DNA from: a virus
Lineage: Duplodnaviria; Heunggongvirae; Uroviricota; Caudoviricetes
Reading direction: 5' to 3' (one strand)
IMG/VR virus record: IMGVR_UViG_3300006139_000005
Coordinates: 26,050 to 90,049 of that record
DNA: 64,000 bases
A program made the translations under genes and the position numbers. Positions 34,241 through 44,440 of the stretch are shown here, piece after piece (position 1 is the first letter of the stretch; each line of letters opens with the position of its first letter). Below the pieces are notes generated by a model. That model was given only the letters and a program-made list of their open reading frames with translations. It was not told the origin of the DNA and made no database searches.

Positions 34241-35800
34241 ATGAGCAACTTTATGGATGGTGTCAAGGATACACTCGTCAATGGATCTGACAATGTATCC
34301 GTAACCGAAAATGGAGCAGTTGGCTACCGTACCACGGGGCGTTCCCTGCTGGATCTCAACTTTGCGGTCGCATCTCTCCGCAATGCTTCGGAGCAGGATA
34401 TCTCCAAGCGTTTCATCAAGGCGTTCTTTGAGGATAAGGTGACGGCTATGAAGTGGCTATTCTTCGCCCGCGATGTGCGTGGTGGACTTGGTGAGCGGCG
34501 GCTGTTCCGTGCCTGCATGGTGCCGATGGCGAATGACTTCCCTGAGTATGTCGCCCCGGTTTTATCTCTGGTGCCTGAGTATGGCCGCTGGGACGATCTC
34601 TGGTGTCTGCTGGATACTCCGTTGGCCGACAAGGTGATTGAGTTGGTAGGCACTCAACTCCACGATGATATGCGTGGCTACAAGGAGAAGAAGCCTGTCT
34701 CTCTGCTCGCAAAGTGGATGCCCAGATGTAAGACATCTTCCAAGCAGACCCGCAGATATGGACAGCTTTTGCGGAGTGGTCTGAATATGACGGAGCGTGA
34801 TTATCAGCACACGCTGGCGGATTTGTCCCGCTATCTGGTCGTGGTTGAGCAGCAGATGTCTTCTCAGACGTGGGATGGAATTGACTATCAGCGTGTCCCC
34901 TCCCGTGCTAACCTGATCTACAACGATGCTTTTCTCCGCCATGACACTGAGCGGCGGCGTGAGTTTTTGGAGCGTGTGGAGAGCGGCGACGCCAAGATTA
35001 ACGCCGGCACGCTGTTCCCTCACGATATCGTGAACAAGTACCGCCGTACAAACAGTGTAGATGCTACGCTGGAGGCTCTTTGGAGTAACTTGCCGGATAC
35101 CGTGCAGGGTTGCGGCAACACGATTGTTGTCCAGGACGACAGCGGGAGCATGACATGGGTAACGCTCCCCGGTAGCACGGCCCGCCCCTTGGAGGTAGCG
35201 AACGCACTCGCAATCTATTTTGCCGAGCGTTCTTCTGGTCAGTTCAAAGATCAGTATATCACTTTCTCTGATCGCCCAGAGCTGATTGACTTGTCAAATG
35301 GCAAGAACCTCTATGAGCGGTTGAGAATCGTCCATGAGTGCCACGCTGGAGCAAACACCAATGTGGAGGCCGTCTTTGACCTCATCTTGAACACGGCAAT
35401 CTCCAAGCACATGGATCAGAGCGAACTTCCCGCCAATGTGCTTATCATTTCCGACATGGAGTTTGACTCCTGCGCCAGCTGTGGAGCGCCGTCCAGAGAT
35501 CGCTGGGGGTACAACACAAGCAGACCGAGCGCCAGACTGTTCGACGAGATCAAGCGGAAGTACGAACAGGCTGGATACAAGATGCCTCGTTTGGTGTTCT
35601 GGAATGTTGCCAGCCGTAGCGAGACGATTCCTGTCAAGGAGAACGATATGGGCGTTGCTCTGGTCAGCGGCTTCTCTGTCAATATCGCCAAGATGGTGAT
35701 GAGCGGCAAGCTCGATCCCTACGAGTGCTTGCTTGAGACTTTGAACACGGAGCGATACCAGCCCATTGAGGACGCATTGCGCCATGTTGTTGGCGAATAA
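34241..35800 (+). CDS. TROVE-like helical domain plus C-terminal vWA domain protein (Ro60/Rsr-like, DUF2828-like)
   Basis: MIDAS motif VVQDDSGSMT and downstream LIISDME; about 300-aa helical N-terminal region; 519 aa. Confidence 0.5.
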   Translation: MSNFMDGVKDTLVNGSDNVSVTENGAVGYRTTGRSLLDLNFAVASLRNASEQDISKRFIKAFFEDKVTAMKWLFFARDVRGGLGERRLFRACMVPMANDFPEYVAPVLSLVPEYGRWDDLWCLLDTPLADKVIELVGTQLHDDMRGYKEKKPVSLLAKWMPRCKTSSKQTRRYGQLLRSGLNMTERDYQHTLADLSRYLVVVEQQMSSQTWDGIDYQRVPSRANLIYNDAFLRHDTERRREFLERVESGDAKINAGTLFPHDIVNKYRRTNSVDATLEALWSNLPDTVQGCGNTIVVQDDSGSMTWVTLPGSTARPLEVANALAIYFAERSSGQFKDQYITFSDRPELIDLSNGKNLYERLRIVHECHAGANTNVEAVFDLILNTAISKHMDQSELPANVLIISDMEFDSCASCGAPSRDRWGYNTSRPSARLFDEIKRKYEQAGYKMPRLVFWNVASRSETIPVKENDMGVALVSGFSVNIAKMVMSGKLDPYECLLETLNTERYQPIEDALRHVVGE

Positions 35801-35820
35801 CGACGAACGAAATCAAAGGA

Positions 35821-35872
35821 GGCTCAGAACGATAGTATAGCGCACTGGCTGTCTACGGTCTGAGCCTCTTTT
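35821..35872 (+). terminator. hairpin terminator
   Basis: GGCTCAGAAC...GGTCTGAGCC followed by TCTTTT. Confidence 0.5.
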
Positions 35873-35891
35873 ACAGAGAGGAGTGCAATTC

Positions 35892-37010
35892 GTGATTTAC
35901 TTAGACCACGCAGCAACGACACCTATGTTTCCAGAGGTTCTGGAGGCTATGCTTCCCTGGTTCCAACCAGATCATGTTGGCAACGCAAGCAGTATCCACA
36001 CGCAAGGAGTAAACGCTTTTCGAGCCATTGAAGATGCTCGTGAAAAGGTTGCCAAAATGATTAACGCCGATGTCTCTGAAATTTTCTTTACGTCAGGCGG
36101 TACAGAATCTAATAACACATTCGCCAGCCATATCCTTGGCGAGAGGGTCATCACAACTCCCTTGGAGCATCATTCCGTTACGCATCCGCTTGAGAGATGG
36201 GCACATGAGGTGTCCTATGTAAAGAATTTGCCCGATGGTAGCGTGGATTTGGAAGATTTGAGCCGCCTGTTAAATCTCTGTTGTCACAAAGCGGTTTCTG
36301 TAATGTGGATCAACAATGAGATTGGTACAATCAATCCGGTTGAGGAAATTGCAGAGCTTTGTAAAAAGCACAGTATACTCCTTCATGTGGACGCTGTGCA
36401 GGCGGCAGGCCATATACCTATCGACGTGAAGAAGTGCGGAGTGGATTTCCTCTCCATGTCCGGGCACAAGTTTGGCGCACCGTTTGGTGTCGGAGTGTTT
36501 TATGTGCGTAGTGGAGTCCAGAAAGAATCTCTGATTAGCGGAGGAGGTCAGGAGCACGGTATAAGAGCCGGCACCTATAATGTGCCTGGTATCGTGGGGC
36601 TTGGTAAGGCCGCTGAAATCATCACAAGTCGGCTCCCCAGACAAATCGAAAAGTGGAACACGCAGGAATATGTTTTGCTGAAAGAACTGGACAAGGTGAT
36701 GCCAGGAGAATACAAGCAAAACGCCGCTGCAAAAAGGACACACAACATTATCAGTCTGACCATTCCCAGTGTAAATAGCGAGGCTCTGTTGCTTTTGCTG
36801 GATCAGAAAGAAATTTATCTTTCTGCTGGTTCCGCTTGCAGTGCATCGGATGCAAGTTTGTCTCATGTCCTGAAAGGAATTGGGTTATCAGATGAAGATG
36901 CTGCATCAACCGTTCGTATTTCGTTGGGATATGAAAACACGGCGGACGAAATGGTGGAAACGGCCCAGGCCATTGCAGAGGTGGCACACAAGCTAAAGGC
37001 TATGTATTGA
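35892..37010 (+). CDS. cysteine desulfurase (NifS/IscS-like class V aminotransferase)
   Basis: LDHAATTP start; PLP-lysine motif SMSGHKFGAPFG; SAGSACS active-site Cys loop; GTG start with GAGGAG RBS. Confidence 0.8.
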   Translation: MIYLDHAATTPMFPEVLEAMLPWFQPDHVGNASSIHTQGVNAFRAIEDAREKVAKMINADVSEIFFTSGGTESNNTFASHILGERVITTPLEHHSVTHPLERWAHEVSYVKNLPDGSVDLEDLSRLLNLCCHKAVSVMWINNEIGTINPVEEIAELCKKHSILLHVDAVQAAGHIPIDVKKCGVDFLSMSGHKFGAPFGVGVFYVRSGVQKESLISGGGQEHGIRAGTYNVPGIVGLGKAAEIITSRLPRQIEKWNTQEYVLLKELDKVMPGEYKQNAAAKRTHNIISLTIPSVNSEALLLLLDQKEIYLSAGSACSASDASLSHVLKGIGLSDEDAASTVRISLGYENTADEMVETAQAIAEVAHKLKAMY

Positions 37011-37071
37011 TAAGACTGCATAAAATTTATGTTTCATTTAGCGACGAATTAAATCGAAGAGGTGAAAATAA

Positions 37072-38483
37072 ATGTACTGTGCGTATGTTACAAGAATTAA
37101 AAATCTGCGCAAGCACACCAACGCTGATCGGCTGATGTGTGGTGAGTGTTTCGGGAACACGGTAATCGTGGATCTTGGCACCGACCCCAACCAGCTTGGC
37201 GTTTACTTTCCGGTAGACGGAAAACTTGGTGTCGAGTTTGCACAAAAGAATGACCTGTTGCGGCGAAAGGATGAGAACGGAGATCCTGCCGGTGGATATC
37301 TTGATCCTGAGAAACGAAACATCAAAGCCCTGAAACTTCGTGGAGAAAAGAGTGACGGTTTGTTTCTTCCTATTAGCTGTCTGGATGGCTTTACAGACAC
37401 TACACAACTCAAAGAGGGCGACACAATCACAATGCTGAATGGTGTCACAATTTGCGAGAAGTACATTCCAAAGGCCAAACGAGCAGCTGGTGGTGGTCGT
37501 GGCGGGAGCCGTGTCCGCAAGAAGTCTGATCCAATCTCTCCTCTGTTCTTGAAGCACGCAGATACAGAGCAGCTTGCCTACAATTTGTCTGCGTTCCATA
37601 ACGGCGATCTGGTTGAGATTACGCTGAAGATGCACGGCACCAGCCAGCGCACCGGCTATCTTCCCATCCTCAAAGGCTACCAATATAAAAACGGTTTGGA
37701 AAAGCGGCTGTTTGAGAGCGAGAAAACTCCTGATTGGCTCCGCGCCAGAATCAAGAGAACGCCTATCTATGACTGGGGATATGTTACTGGTACGAGGCGG
37801 GTTGTTCTTGACGGTTACGACGGTGGCTTTTATGGAAGCAATTCTTTCCGTGAGCAACACGCAAAGGTCTTTGAAGGGAAGCTCCGCAATGGTGAGGAGG
37901 TCTACTACGAGGTGGTTGGTTTCACCGACGATGGCACACCTATCATGTCTCCTGGAAGCAACGCCAAGATTGGTGATAAGGAGTTTACCAATATGGCTGT
38001 GATCCAACCGGAAAGAAAACAGTTATGGATGAGAGCGGAGTGGCCTCTATCCCTGTGCCGAAGTCCGATCTCTATGTCTACCGCATGACTATGACCAACG
38101 AAGATGGTGATGTGGTGGAGTATTCGCCTGACTTCATGCGTTATCGCTGTGAGCAGATGGGCGTCAAGTGTGTACCTCTCTTCTGCCGCACAATCATTCC
38201 CGATCTTTTCCAACTGCCTGATAATGTGGGTTCTCCCCAGGCGGTGGATGCTGGCGAATATGTAAAGAAGCTGGCTGAGGATTTCTACGATGGCCCTGAC
38301 CCCGTAGGCAAAACCCATGTGCGTGAAGGTGTTGTTTGCCGCATTGTCAATCGCCCAAAGTTTGCTGCTTATAAGCACAAAAATTTCTCTTTCAAGGCTC
38401 TTGAGGGATTGATTAAGGATACTGCTGCTGCACCTGATATGGAAGAGGCACAGGAAGAGGTTGTGGAGGCAACCGATGGATAA
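37072..38483 (+). CDS. ATP-dependent RNA ligase (Rnl2/Rnl5-like, N-terminal OB-like domain), interrupted by a -1 frameshift near 38016
   Basis: nucleotidyltransferase motif I LKMHGTS (KxHG); downstream EGVVCR/YKHKN motifs lie in the overlapping frame 38025-38483. Confidence 0.6.
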
Positions 38484-38787
38484 AGCTGAAATTCTCGGCT
38501 TTATCCAGAACTTCAAAGGCTCTAAGGACGTGTTTCTTAACGGCTGCTGTTATTGGTTTGCTTTCATTTTGCAAGAGCGGTTTGGCGGCAATATGATGTA
38601 CGAGCCTGTGGAAAATCACTTTGTTCAGGAAATCGGTGGACGCCTTTATGATGTGAGTGGAGATGTCACAGAGGAATACACCTCAGAGCATTTAATGTTC
38701 TGGGACGATATGGAGAGTTATGACGCATCCCTTTACCAACGACTTCTCAGAGATTGTGTGAGAAAGGAGGAGTGCCCATATGAATAA
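38476..38787 (+). CDS. hypothetical protein
   Basis: GGAGG RBS; 103 aa. Confidence 0.4.
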   Translation: MDKAEILGFIQNFKGSKDVFLNGCCYWFAFILQERFGGNMMYEPVENHFVQEIGGRLYDVSGDVTEEYTSEHLMFWDDMESYDASLYQRLLRDCVRKEECPYE

Positions 38788-39415
38788 AGACCGCATTATG
38801 AATCGGCTACAGCAGCATTTGGACGCTGTACGAGAATCTGGGCAGGATTGGTTGGGAATTTTCTTACAAGGTTCTCAAAACTACGGCCTGGACTATGAGA
38901 GTAGCGACATTTTCACTCCGTATTACATCCTCAATCCGATTTATGCCGACTTGTTCCAGCCTATTTGGGACGCCAGAGAGGACATTGCTCGCTATAACAA
39001 TTATGCTGGGATGAGCTGTCTTCTTGGTATGGCATTAGAGAAACAGAAAGCAATGGAGCATCCATATCCTGCAACCATTGATAAGATTGAACGGTTTGGC
39101 TACGATCCCAAGCAGCTCCATCACGCTTTGCGGATGCGTGAATTTATGACACGCTACATGGCCGACGAAAAATATTCCGATTGCTTGGTTAGCAAACAAG
39201 CCGATTACCTTGTAGAAGTAAAACGTGGGTGTCACTCTCTGGAAGAAGCGCGTCGGCTTATGCAAGAAGCTGTTGATTCTATGAAAGCTGATAAACAGCA
39301 GTACATGGATACAACTCCTGTTTGCATTAACGAACACGCAAATGAAGTGATGCAGACAGCCACAGTAGAAATTCTTAAACGATGTTTCTTAATGGAACTG
39401 CAAGGAGGAGAGTAG
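38780..39415 (+). CDS. minimal nucleotidyltransferase (Pol-beta superfamily)
   Basis: LQGSQNYGLDYESSDIF = GS-x10-DxD NTase signature; 211 aa. Confidence 0.55.
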   Translation: MNKDRIMNRLQQHLDAVRESGQDWLGIFLQGSQNYGLDYESSDIFTPYYILNPIYADLFQPIWDAREDIARYNNYAGMSCLLGMALEKQKAMEHPYPATIDKIERFGYDPKQLHHALRMREFMTRYMADEKYSDCLVSKQADYLVEVKRGCHSLEEARRLMQEAVDSMKADKQQYMDTTPVCINEHANEVMQTATVEILKRCFLMELQGGE

Positions 39416-39416
39416 T

Positions 39417-40355
39417 TTGAACCTGTCAACGCAATATTTCTTCATGCTGGTTGGACTTCCTGGAAGCGGAAAGTCTTGGTATGCGGAAAACAAATTGTCC
39501 CATGCGGTCATCCACTCCAGCGACGCAATTCGTGAGGAACTTTTGAACAATGTGGATGATCAGAGTCAGCAGGAATTGGTGTTTCAAACTCTTCACGACC
39601 GTGTAATCCGTGATTTGCAAATTGGCTTGAGTGTGGTATATGACGCTACCAATATCAGTTATAAGCGCCGTCGTGTTTTTCTGCAACAGGTGAAAGGACT
39701 GCATATTCCTGGCCTTAAAACCGTCTGTGTTTTTATGGCAACCCCGTATTCTAAATGCGTAGAGAATAACGCCAATCGTGAACGCACTGTGCCTGAGAAT
39801 GTAATTCATCGGATGTATCAGAATATCGACATTCCGATGAAAGCCGAGGGATGGGATGCTATCTGGATCGAAAATGTAGACCCGTTTATTGGCGACATCA
39901 ACTTCTTGCTGAGTCGCCTTGCTGGTATGGAGCACGACAACCCTCACCATGAGTTTACAGTTGGACAGCATATGTTGACGGCCTATGAATATTTCGACAA
40001 GAACTACTCTGATATGGCAAACGATATTCCTCTTGGCCGTGCAGTTGCACTCCATGATATTGGAAAAGAGTTTACAAAGGTTTTCCATGACAGCAAGGGA
40101 AATCCCACAGATATTGCCCACTATTACAACCACGAGCGTGTTGGTGCCTATGAGAGTTTTGCTCACACCGCTGATTTGTTGTCCAAGGATGACCAACTGA
40201 GGGTTGCGCTTTTGATTCGCTGGCATATGGCACCATTCGCTGTGGAAAAGTCAGATCATCCGAGCAAGACCGAGAGAAAGTTTAAGGATTTGCTTGGTGA
40301 AGATATCTGGTCGCAGGTTATGATTTTGCACGATTGTGACCTGCACGCACACTAA
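39417..40355 (+). CDS. polynucleotide kinase (P-loop) fused to HD phosphohydrolase: RNA/DNA end-healing enzyme (HD-Pnk type, domain order kinase then HD)
   Basis: Walker A LVGLPGSGKS at the N-terminus; HD-domain residues NPHHEF...ALHDIGK...H...D at the C-terminus. Confidence 0.7.
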   Translation: MNLSTQYFFMLVGLPGSGKSWYAENKLSHAVIHSSDAIREELLNNVDDQSQQELVFQTLHDRVIRDLQIGLSVVYDATNISYKRRRVFLQQVKGLHIPGLKTVCVFMATPYSKCVENNANRERTVPENVIHRMYQNIDIPMKAEGWDAIWIENVDPFIGDINFLLSRLAGMEHDNPHHEFTVGQHMLTAYEYFDKNYSDMANDIPLGRAVALHDIGKEFTKVFHDSKGNPTDIAHYYNHERVGAYESFAHTADLLSKDDQLRVALLIRWHMAPFAVEKSDHPSKTERKFKDLLGEDIWSQVMILHDCDLHAH

Positions 40356-40383
40356 AAACACTGAATTTAAGGAGGAAATTGCA

Positions 40384-40812
40384 ATGAAAGACAATCACAT
40401 CAGTCCGTGGAGTGTTAGGGTGCAGCCTGTAAACGCCGATCTGCTTCGCTTGTTGGGTTCGTATACCCCCCCCAATAAGGTAAAGGTCGGACTTGATCAA
40501 AACAGCTTCACCGCTGGATGGAACGCCGCTGTTCGCTATATGCGGGAGCATCCTGCCTTGCCGGGTATTCATCGTGTGATTTTCAACGGCCCTGCCACTA
40601 TCGTTTACTGGGACGATGGCTCCAAGACGGTGGTGAAGTGCCAGCCTGGAGACACCTTCAGTGCTGAGACTGGTCTGATGGCTGCTATGCTCAAGCGTTT
40701 TATGGGGAATGACAATACCTACAACAAGGTACTTAACCATTGGCTTGGAACGGTGACTCCTCAGCTTCCCGCTCCTGACGATTCGCCCCAACTGACAGAC
40801 GGTACGGAGTGA
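40384..40812 (+). CDS. hypothetical protein
   Basis: AAGGAGG RBS; 142 aa. Confidence 0.5.
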   Translation: MKDNHISPWSVRVQPVNADLLRLLGSYTPPNKVKVGLDQNSFTAGWNAAVRYMREHPALPGIHRVIFNGPATIVYWDDGSKTVVKCQPGDTFSAETGLMAAMLKRFMGNDNTYNKVLNHWLGTVTPQLPAPDDSPQLTDGTE

Positions 40813-40894
40813 TTTATGGATGGAGCAGTTTTCATCGTGCCTTGCTTCGTTGTTGCGGCAATACTGTGGGAACTTATAAACAATCACAATAATT

Positions 40895-41852
40895 ATGGGG
40901 GAGGTGGACGTTTTGCATAGCAAAGAACAACTGGAAGAGATGCAGCGTCTGCCTCTCTCTCGCAAAATCCAGATTACTACGGCTCGCATTATCGAATGGT
41001 ATCAGCACTACGACGGCCAAGTGTATGTTGCGTTTTCAGGTGGCAAGGATTCAACCGTACTTCTTGACATCGTGAGGCGTATTTACCCAGATGTTCCGGC
41101 TGTATTCTCCGACACTGGGCTTGAGTTCCCAGAGGTTAGAAAGTTCGCTATGAGCCGTGATAATGTGACTGTTGTACGGCCAGAGATGAATTTCCGCAAG
41201 GTTATTGAGGTGTATGGATACCCTCTGATATCAAAGCGAACAGCAGAGACGGTTGAATACGGAAAGAAGCCTGGATCGTATCGTTGGAAGGAGATCCACG
41301 GGGAGGTTATGATGTCGAATGGTAAACCATCGAAATTTAACTGTCAAAAGTGGTGCTACCTATTAGATGCGCCTTTCAAGGTGTCTTCCAAGTGCTGCGA
41401 TATTATGAAGAAGCAGCCAATGAAAAAATACGTTAAAGAGACTGGCCGTTTTCCTATCACTGCAACTATGGCAGTAGAAAGCATATCCAGAGAAGTCGTA
41501 TGGATGCGACAAGGATGCAATGCCTTTAACAATAAATCGCCCATCTCTCAGCCTATGTCGTTCTGGACAGAGAATGATGTACTCGAATATCTTTATACTT
41601 ATCAAATCCCATATGCTTCTGTCTACGGTGAAATCGTTAAAGCTGATGGGGGGGGGGTGGACGACAACAGGAGAGCATCGTACTGGCTGTGTCTTTTGTG
41701 CCTTTGGCGCTCATTTGGAAAAGTCTCCGAACCGCTTCCAGCGTCTAAAAATCACACATCCAAAACTCTGGAACTACTGCATGAAGCCGTGGGAAGAACA
41801 CGGCCTTGGTATGCGAAAAGTGCTTGAGTATATCGGAGTTCAAGTAGAATAA
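40895..41852 (+). CDS. PP-loop ATP pyrophosphatase (TtcA/DndC/PAPS-reductase-like); C-terminal CxxC segment lies in another frame after a G10 tract
   Basis: YVAFSGGKDSTVLLDIV PP-loop; frame switch at 41648-41657 to ...GCVFCAFGAHLEK... (track ORF 41520-41852). Confidence 0.65.
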
Positions 41853-41868
41853 TTTTATGAGGTGCATT

Positions 41869-42288
41869 ATGAAGAAAATTATGGCTGTTATTATTGCAGC
41901 AACCATGATGCTTGTCTTGCTTGTTGGTTGTGCAGAAAGCAATGAGTATCTGGAGCAGCAGTGTAATGAATTGCGAACAGAAATCGCTGTGCTCAAAGAA
42001 CAAAAGTCCGCTATTGAGGCTGAAATTGTAAGCGCAAAAGAAGAGAATGGAACGGCAACCTATGTAGTTACATTCCGCATCAAACAATCACATTTCACAC
42101 TCGATATCGGTGAACACCTTAAAGACTCAATGAACGAAATTACTTTTGAGGTTCCTGTCGATAAGGCGTATTATGATAGCGTTTCTGTTGGCGACACGAT
42201 CAATGATGATTTTCGTATGGGATCACTGATTATGCACGGTTCATTTGGGAATTGGAAAGTCACCATTGAAAAGAAAGAAGTGCAATAA
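41869..42288 (+). CDS. lipoprotein
   Basis: MKKIMAVIIAATMMLVLLVGCAES signal peptide with lipobox; 139 aa. Confidence 0.6.
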   Translation: MKKIMAVIIAATMMLVLLVGCAESNEYLEQQCNELRTEIAVLKEQKSAIEAEIVSAKEENGTATYVVTFRIKQSHFTLDIGEHLKDSMNEITFEVPVDKAYYDSVSVGDTINDDFRMGSLIMHGSFGNWKVTIEKKEVQ

Positions 42289-42323
42289 ATAACACTTAAA
42301 TTTAGAAAAGTGAGGTTTACAAC

Positions 42324-42608
42324 ATGAGAAATAACGACGGATTTACACTGCTTGGAATCGGCAGTGCGATTATTGGACTGATTGGGCTTCTGGTATTCAG
42401 TCCAGTCATTACATTTGGGTTTGCATGGTTTGGTGGATGGATTTTGAAGCTGTGTGTCGGAAATGCCATTGCCAGTGGTATGAACCTGATGTTCGACACA
42501 GCACGTTTCACACCAGACTTCATTCCGTTGGCCTGTGCAACACTGGCTACTATCGGAAAATATTTTAAGAGTTCACAAACCAACAGCAATAAAAACGAGA
42601 GGAGATAA
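42324..42608 (+). CDS. small integral membrane protein
   Basis: GAGGT RBS; 2-3 hydrophobic helices. Confidence 0.5.
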   Translation: MRNNDGFTLLGIGSAIIGLIGLLVFSPVITFGFAWFGGWILKLCVGNAIASGMNLMFDTARFTPDFIPLACATLATIGKYFKSSQTNSNKNERR

Positions 42609-42729
42609 TACCAATCCTGGTAAACCAGGTTCATGTAAGATTGATAAGTGCATGGTAAAGCCGCCTGTTGCAGCGTGGAGGCCGAAAAGCTGAAGCATGG
42701 GAGGATTAGGCGGTTGACCTCAGCCAGTG

Positions 42730-43557
42730 ATGGTTGTGGTCGGTATGATTCACATTGTTTGTTTTTCTGGCGGTCATTCATCTGCAATCGCCGCCGTGGA
42801 AGTGGTTAGACGGTACGGGTCTGAGAATACGGTATTACTTAACCATAATCTGTGTCCACGTACTGAAGACCAAGATATTAAGCGTTTCAAAAATGAGGTT
42901 TCGGATTATTTGGGTGTTCCAATTACTTATGCCAATATGCCTGGATGGGAGCGCAAGGATCAATTTGATGTGTGCGTGGATATCAAAGCATTCAAGACTG
43001 GCGCACAGTCAACGGCTCTTTGCACAAATAGGTTGAAAACTGAGCCTTTTCACAAATGGCTTGCGGAGAACTACCCACCCCTACTGCCAGCGGTCAGAGA
43101 TGATATATCTCTGGTTTATGGGTTCGACGCCAATGAGCAGCGCCGTATTCAGCGTAGAGTCGGTATTATGGCTGCTATGGGATACCAGACTGAGTATCCA
43201 TTGACCTGGGAGGCAAGGACGATTCACGACATCGAAGAGATTGGGATTAAGCGTCCAAGAACCTATGACATATTCAACCATGCAAATTGTATTGGTTGCC
43301 TAAAGGCCGGCAAACAACATTGGTTCATTGTTTACTGTCTCTATCCCGAAATTTGGGAAAAGGCGAAGCTGGCAGAACAAGCAATCGGGTATAGTATCCT
43401 AAAACAAGGCTTTCTCTCAGATTTCGAGGTGGAATTTGCTAAGCTCAAAAAAAAGGCGCTACCTCCTACTGAGAAAACCAAACCACAAAAATTTTGGGCA
43501 GTAGCACGAAAGCTCATCAAAGATGATGACAACCTTCCGTGTGAGTGTTCATTCTAA
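42730..43557 (+). CDS. PP-loop superfamily ATPase (QueC/PAPS-reductase-like)
   Basis: IHIVCFSGGHSSAIAAV N-terminal PP-loop variant; 275 aa; weak RBS. Confidence 0.5.
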   Translation: MVVVGMIHIVCFSGGHSSAIAAVEVVRRYGSENTVLLNHNLCPRTEDQDIKRFKNEVSDYLGVPITYANMPGWERKDQFDVCVDIKAFKTGAQSTALCTNRLKTEPFHKWLAENYPPLLPAVRDDISLVYGFDANEQRRIQRRVGIMAAMGYQTEYPLTWEARTIHDIEEIGIKRPRTYDIFNHANCIGCLKAGKQHWFIVYCLYPEIWEKAKLAEQAIGYSILKQGFLSDFEVEFAKLKKKALPPTEKTKPQKFWAVARKLIKDDDNLPCECSF

Positions 43558-43575
43558 ATTCGATGGAGGTTTACA

Positions 43576-44127
43576 ATGGCTAAATTCAACATTACCGTTG
43601 ACCTGGATTGGCTGGACGAGGAAGGAAACATTGACCAGCAGTTGAAGGACGAGATTCTTTCCAGCATTACCGAAAAAGTCTGCGGCAACATCACCAAATC
43701 TCTTGAAGAGAAAGCGGAGAAAATTCTTAACGATAAAATGCGGGACGTTGAAAACGAGGTCAACAAAAGGCTCAATTTGATGATGCAACAGTTTTTCAAC
43801 ACTCCAAAGGATATCACTGATCGCTGGGGTGAAGTAACGAGGGCACAGGTCACTGTCAAACAGTTGCTTTCTGAGGCTTGCGACAACTACCTGACGCAGC
43901 CTGTCACGCGGGAAGGGAAGCCAGACAATGGCTACAACCCCGCTTTCAAAAGCCGGGTTGATTACATCGTCCACAAGAGCATCGACAGTGACATGGAGTG
44001 GCAAATCAAGCGTGCAGTTGAAGATGTCACCAAGAACCTCAAGCAAAAGATTTCCACTGAAATTTCTACGCAGTTGGGAGAAAAATTGGCGGGGATCATC
44101 GGGATTGACAAAATCATCTCAAAGTGA
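43576..44127 (+). CDS. hypothetical protein
   Basis: GGAGGT RBS; 183 aa. Confidence 0.5.
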   Translation: MAKFNITVDLDWLDEEGNIDQQLKDEILSSITEKVCGNITKSLEEKAEKILNDKMRDVENEVNKRLNLMMQQFFNTPKDITDRWGEVTRAQVTVKQLLSEACDNYLTQPVTREGKPDNGYNPAFKSRVDYIVHKSIDSDMEWQIKRAVEDVTKNLKQKISTEISTQLGEKLAGIIGIDKIISK

Positions 44128-44141
44128 TTGGAGATGTAGGT

Positions 44142-44408
44142 ATGGACGAATTAAAGTATTCCAAAGAGGATTACGAAACCTGTGATATTTACGGCAATGA
44201 TGACACAGAAATCAGTTGCTACAAATGCAGACTCGTAAAATGTAGGAAACCACACACTTGCGGGAACTGCGGTGACGAGATTCCAAAGGGAGGGTACGCC
44301 CTATGCGAATCTGGATTCATGGACGGTGGAGCGGTTTCTTGTTATACCTGCGTACCATGTATGGATTCGTGGATTTCGGAAAGCAGAGGCAAAGAAGATA
44401 GTGAATGA
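44142..44408 (+). CDS. small zinc-ribbon protein
   Basis: CYKC...CGNCG...CYTCVPC; 88 aa. Confidence 0.5.
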   Translation: MDELKYSKEDYETCDIYGNDDTEISCYKCRLVKCRKPHTCGNCGDEIPKGGYALCESGFMDGGAVSCYTCVPCMDSWISESRGKEDSE

Positions 44409-44440
44409 AACTATTCTTTCATTAACAACGAATAAAATCA

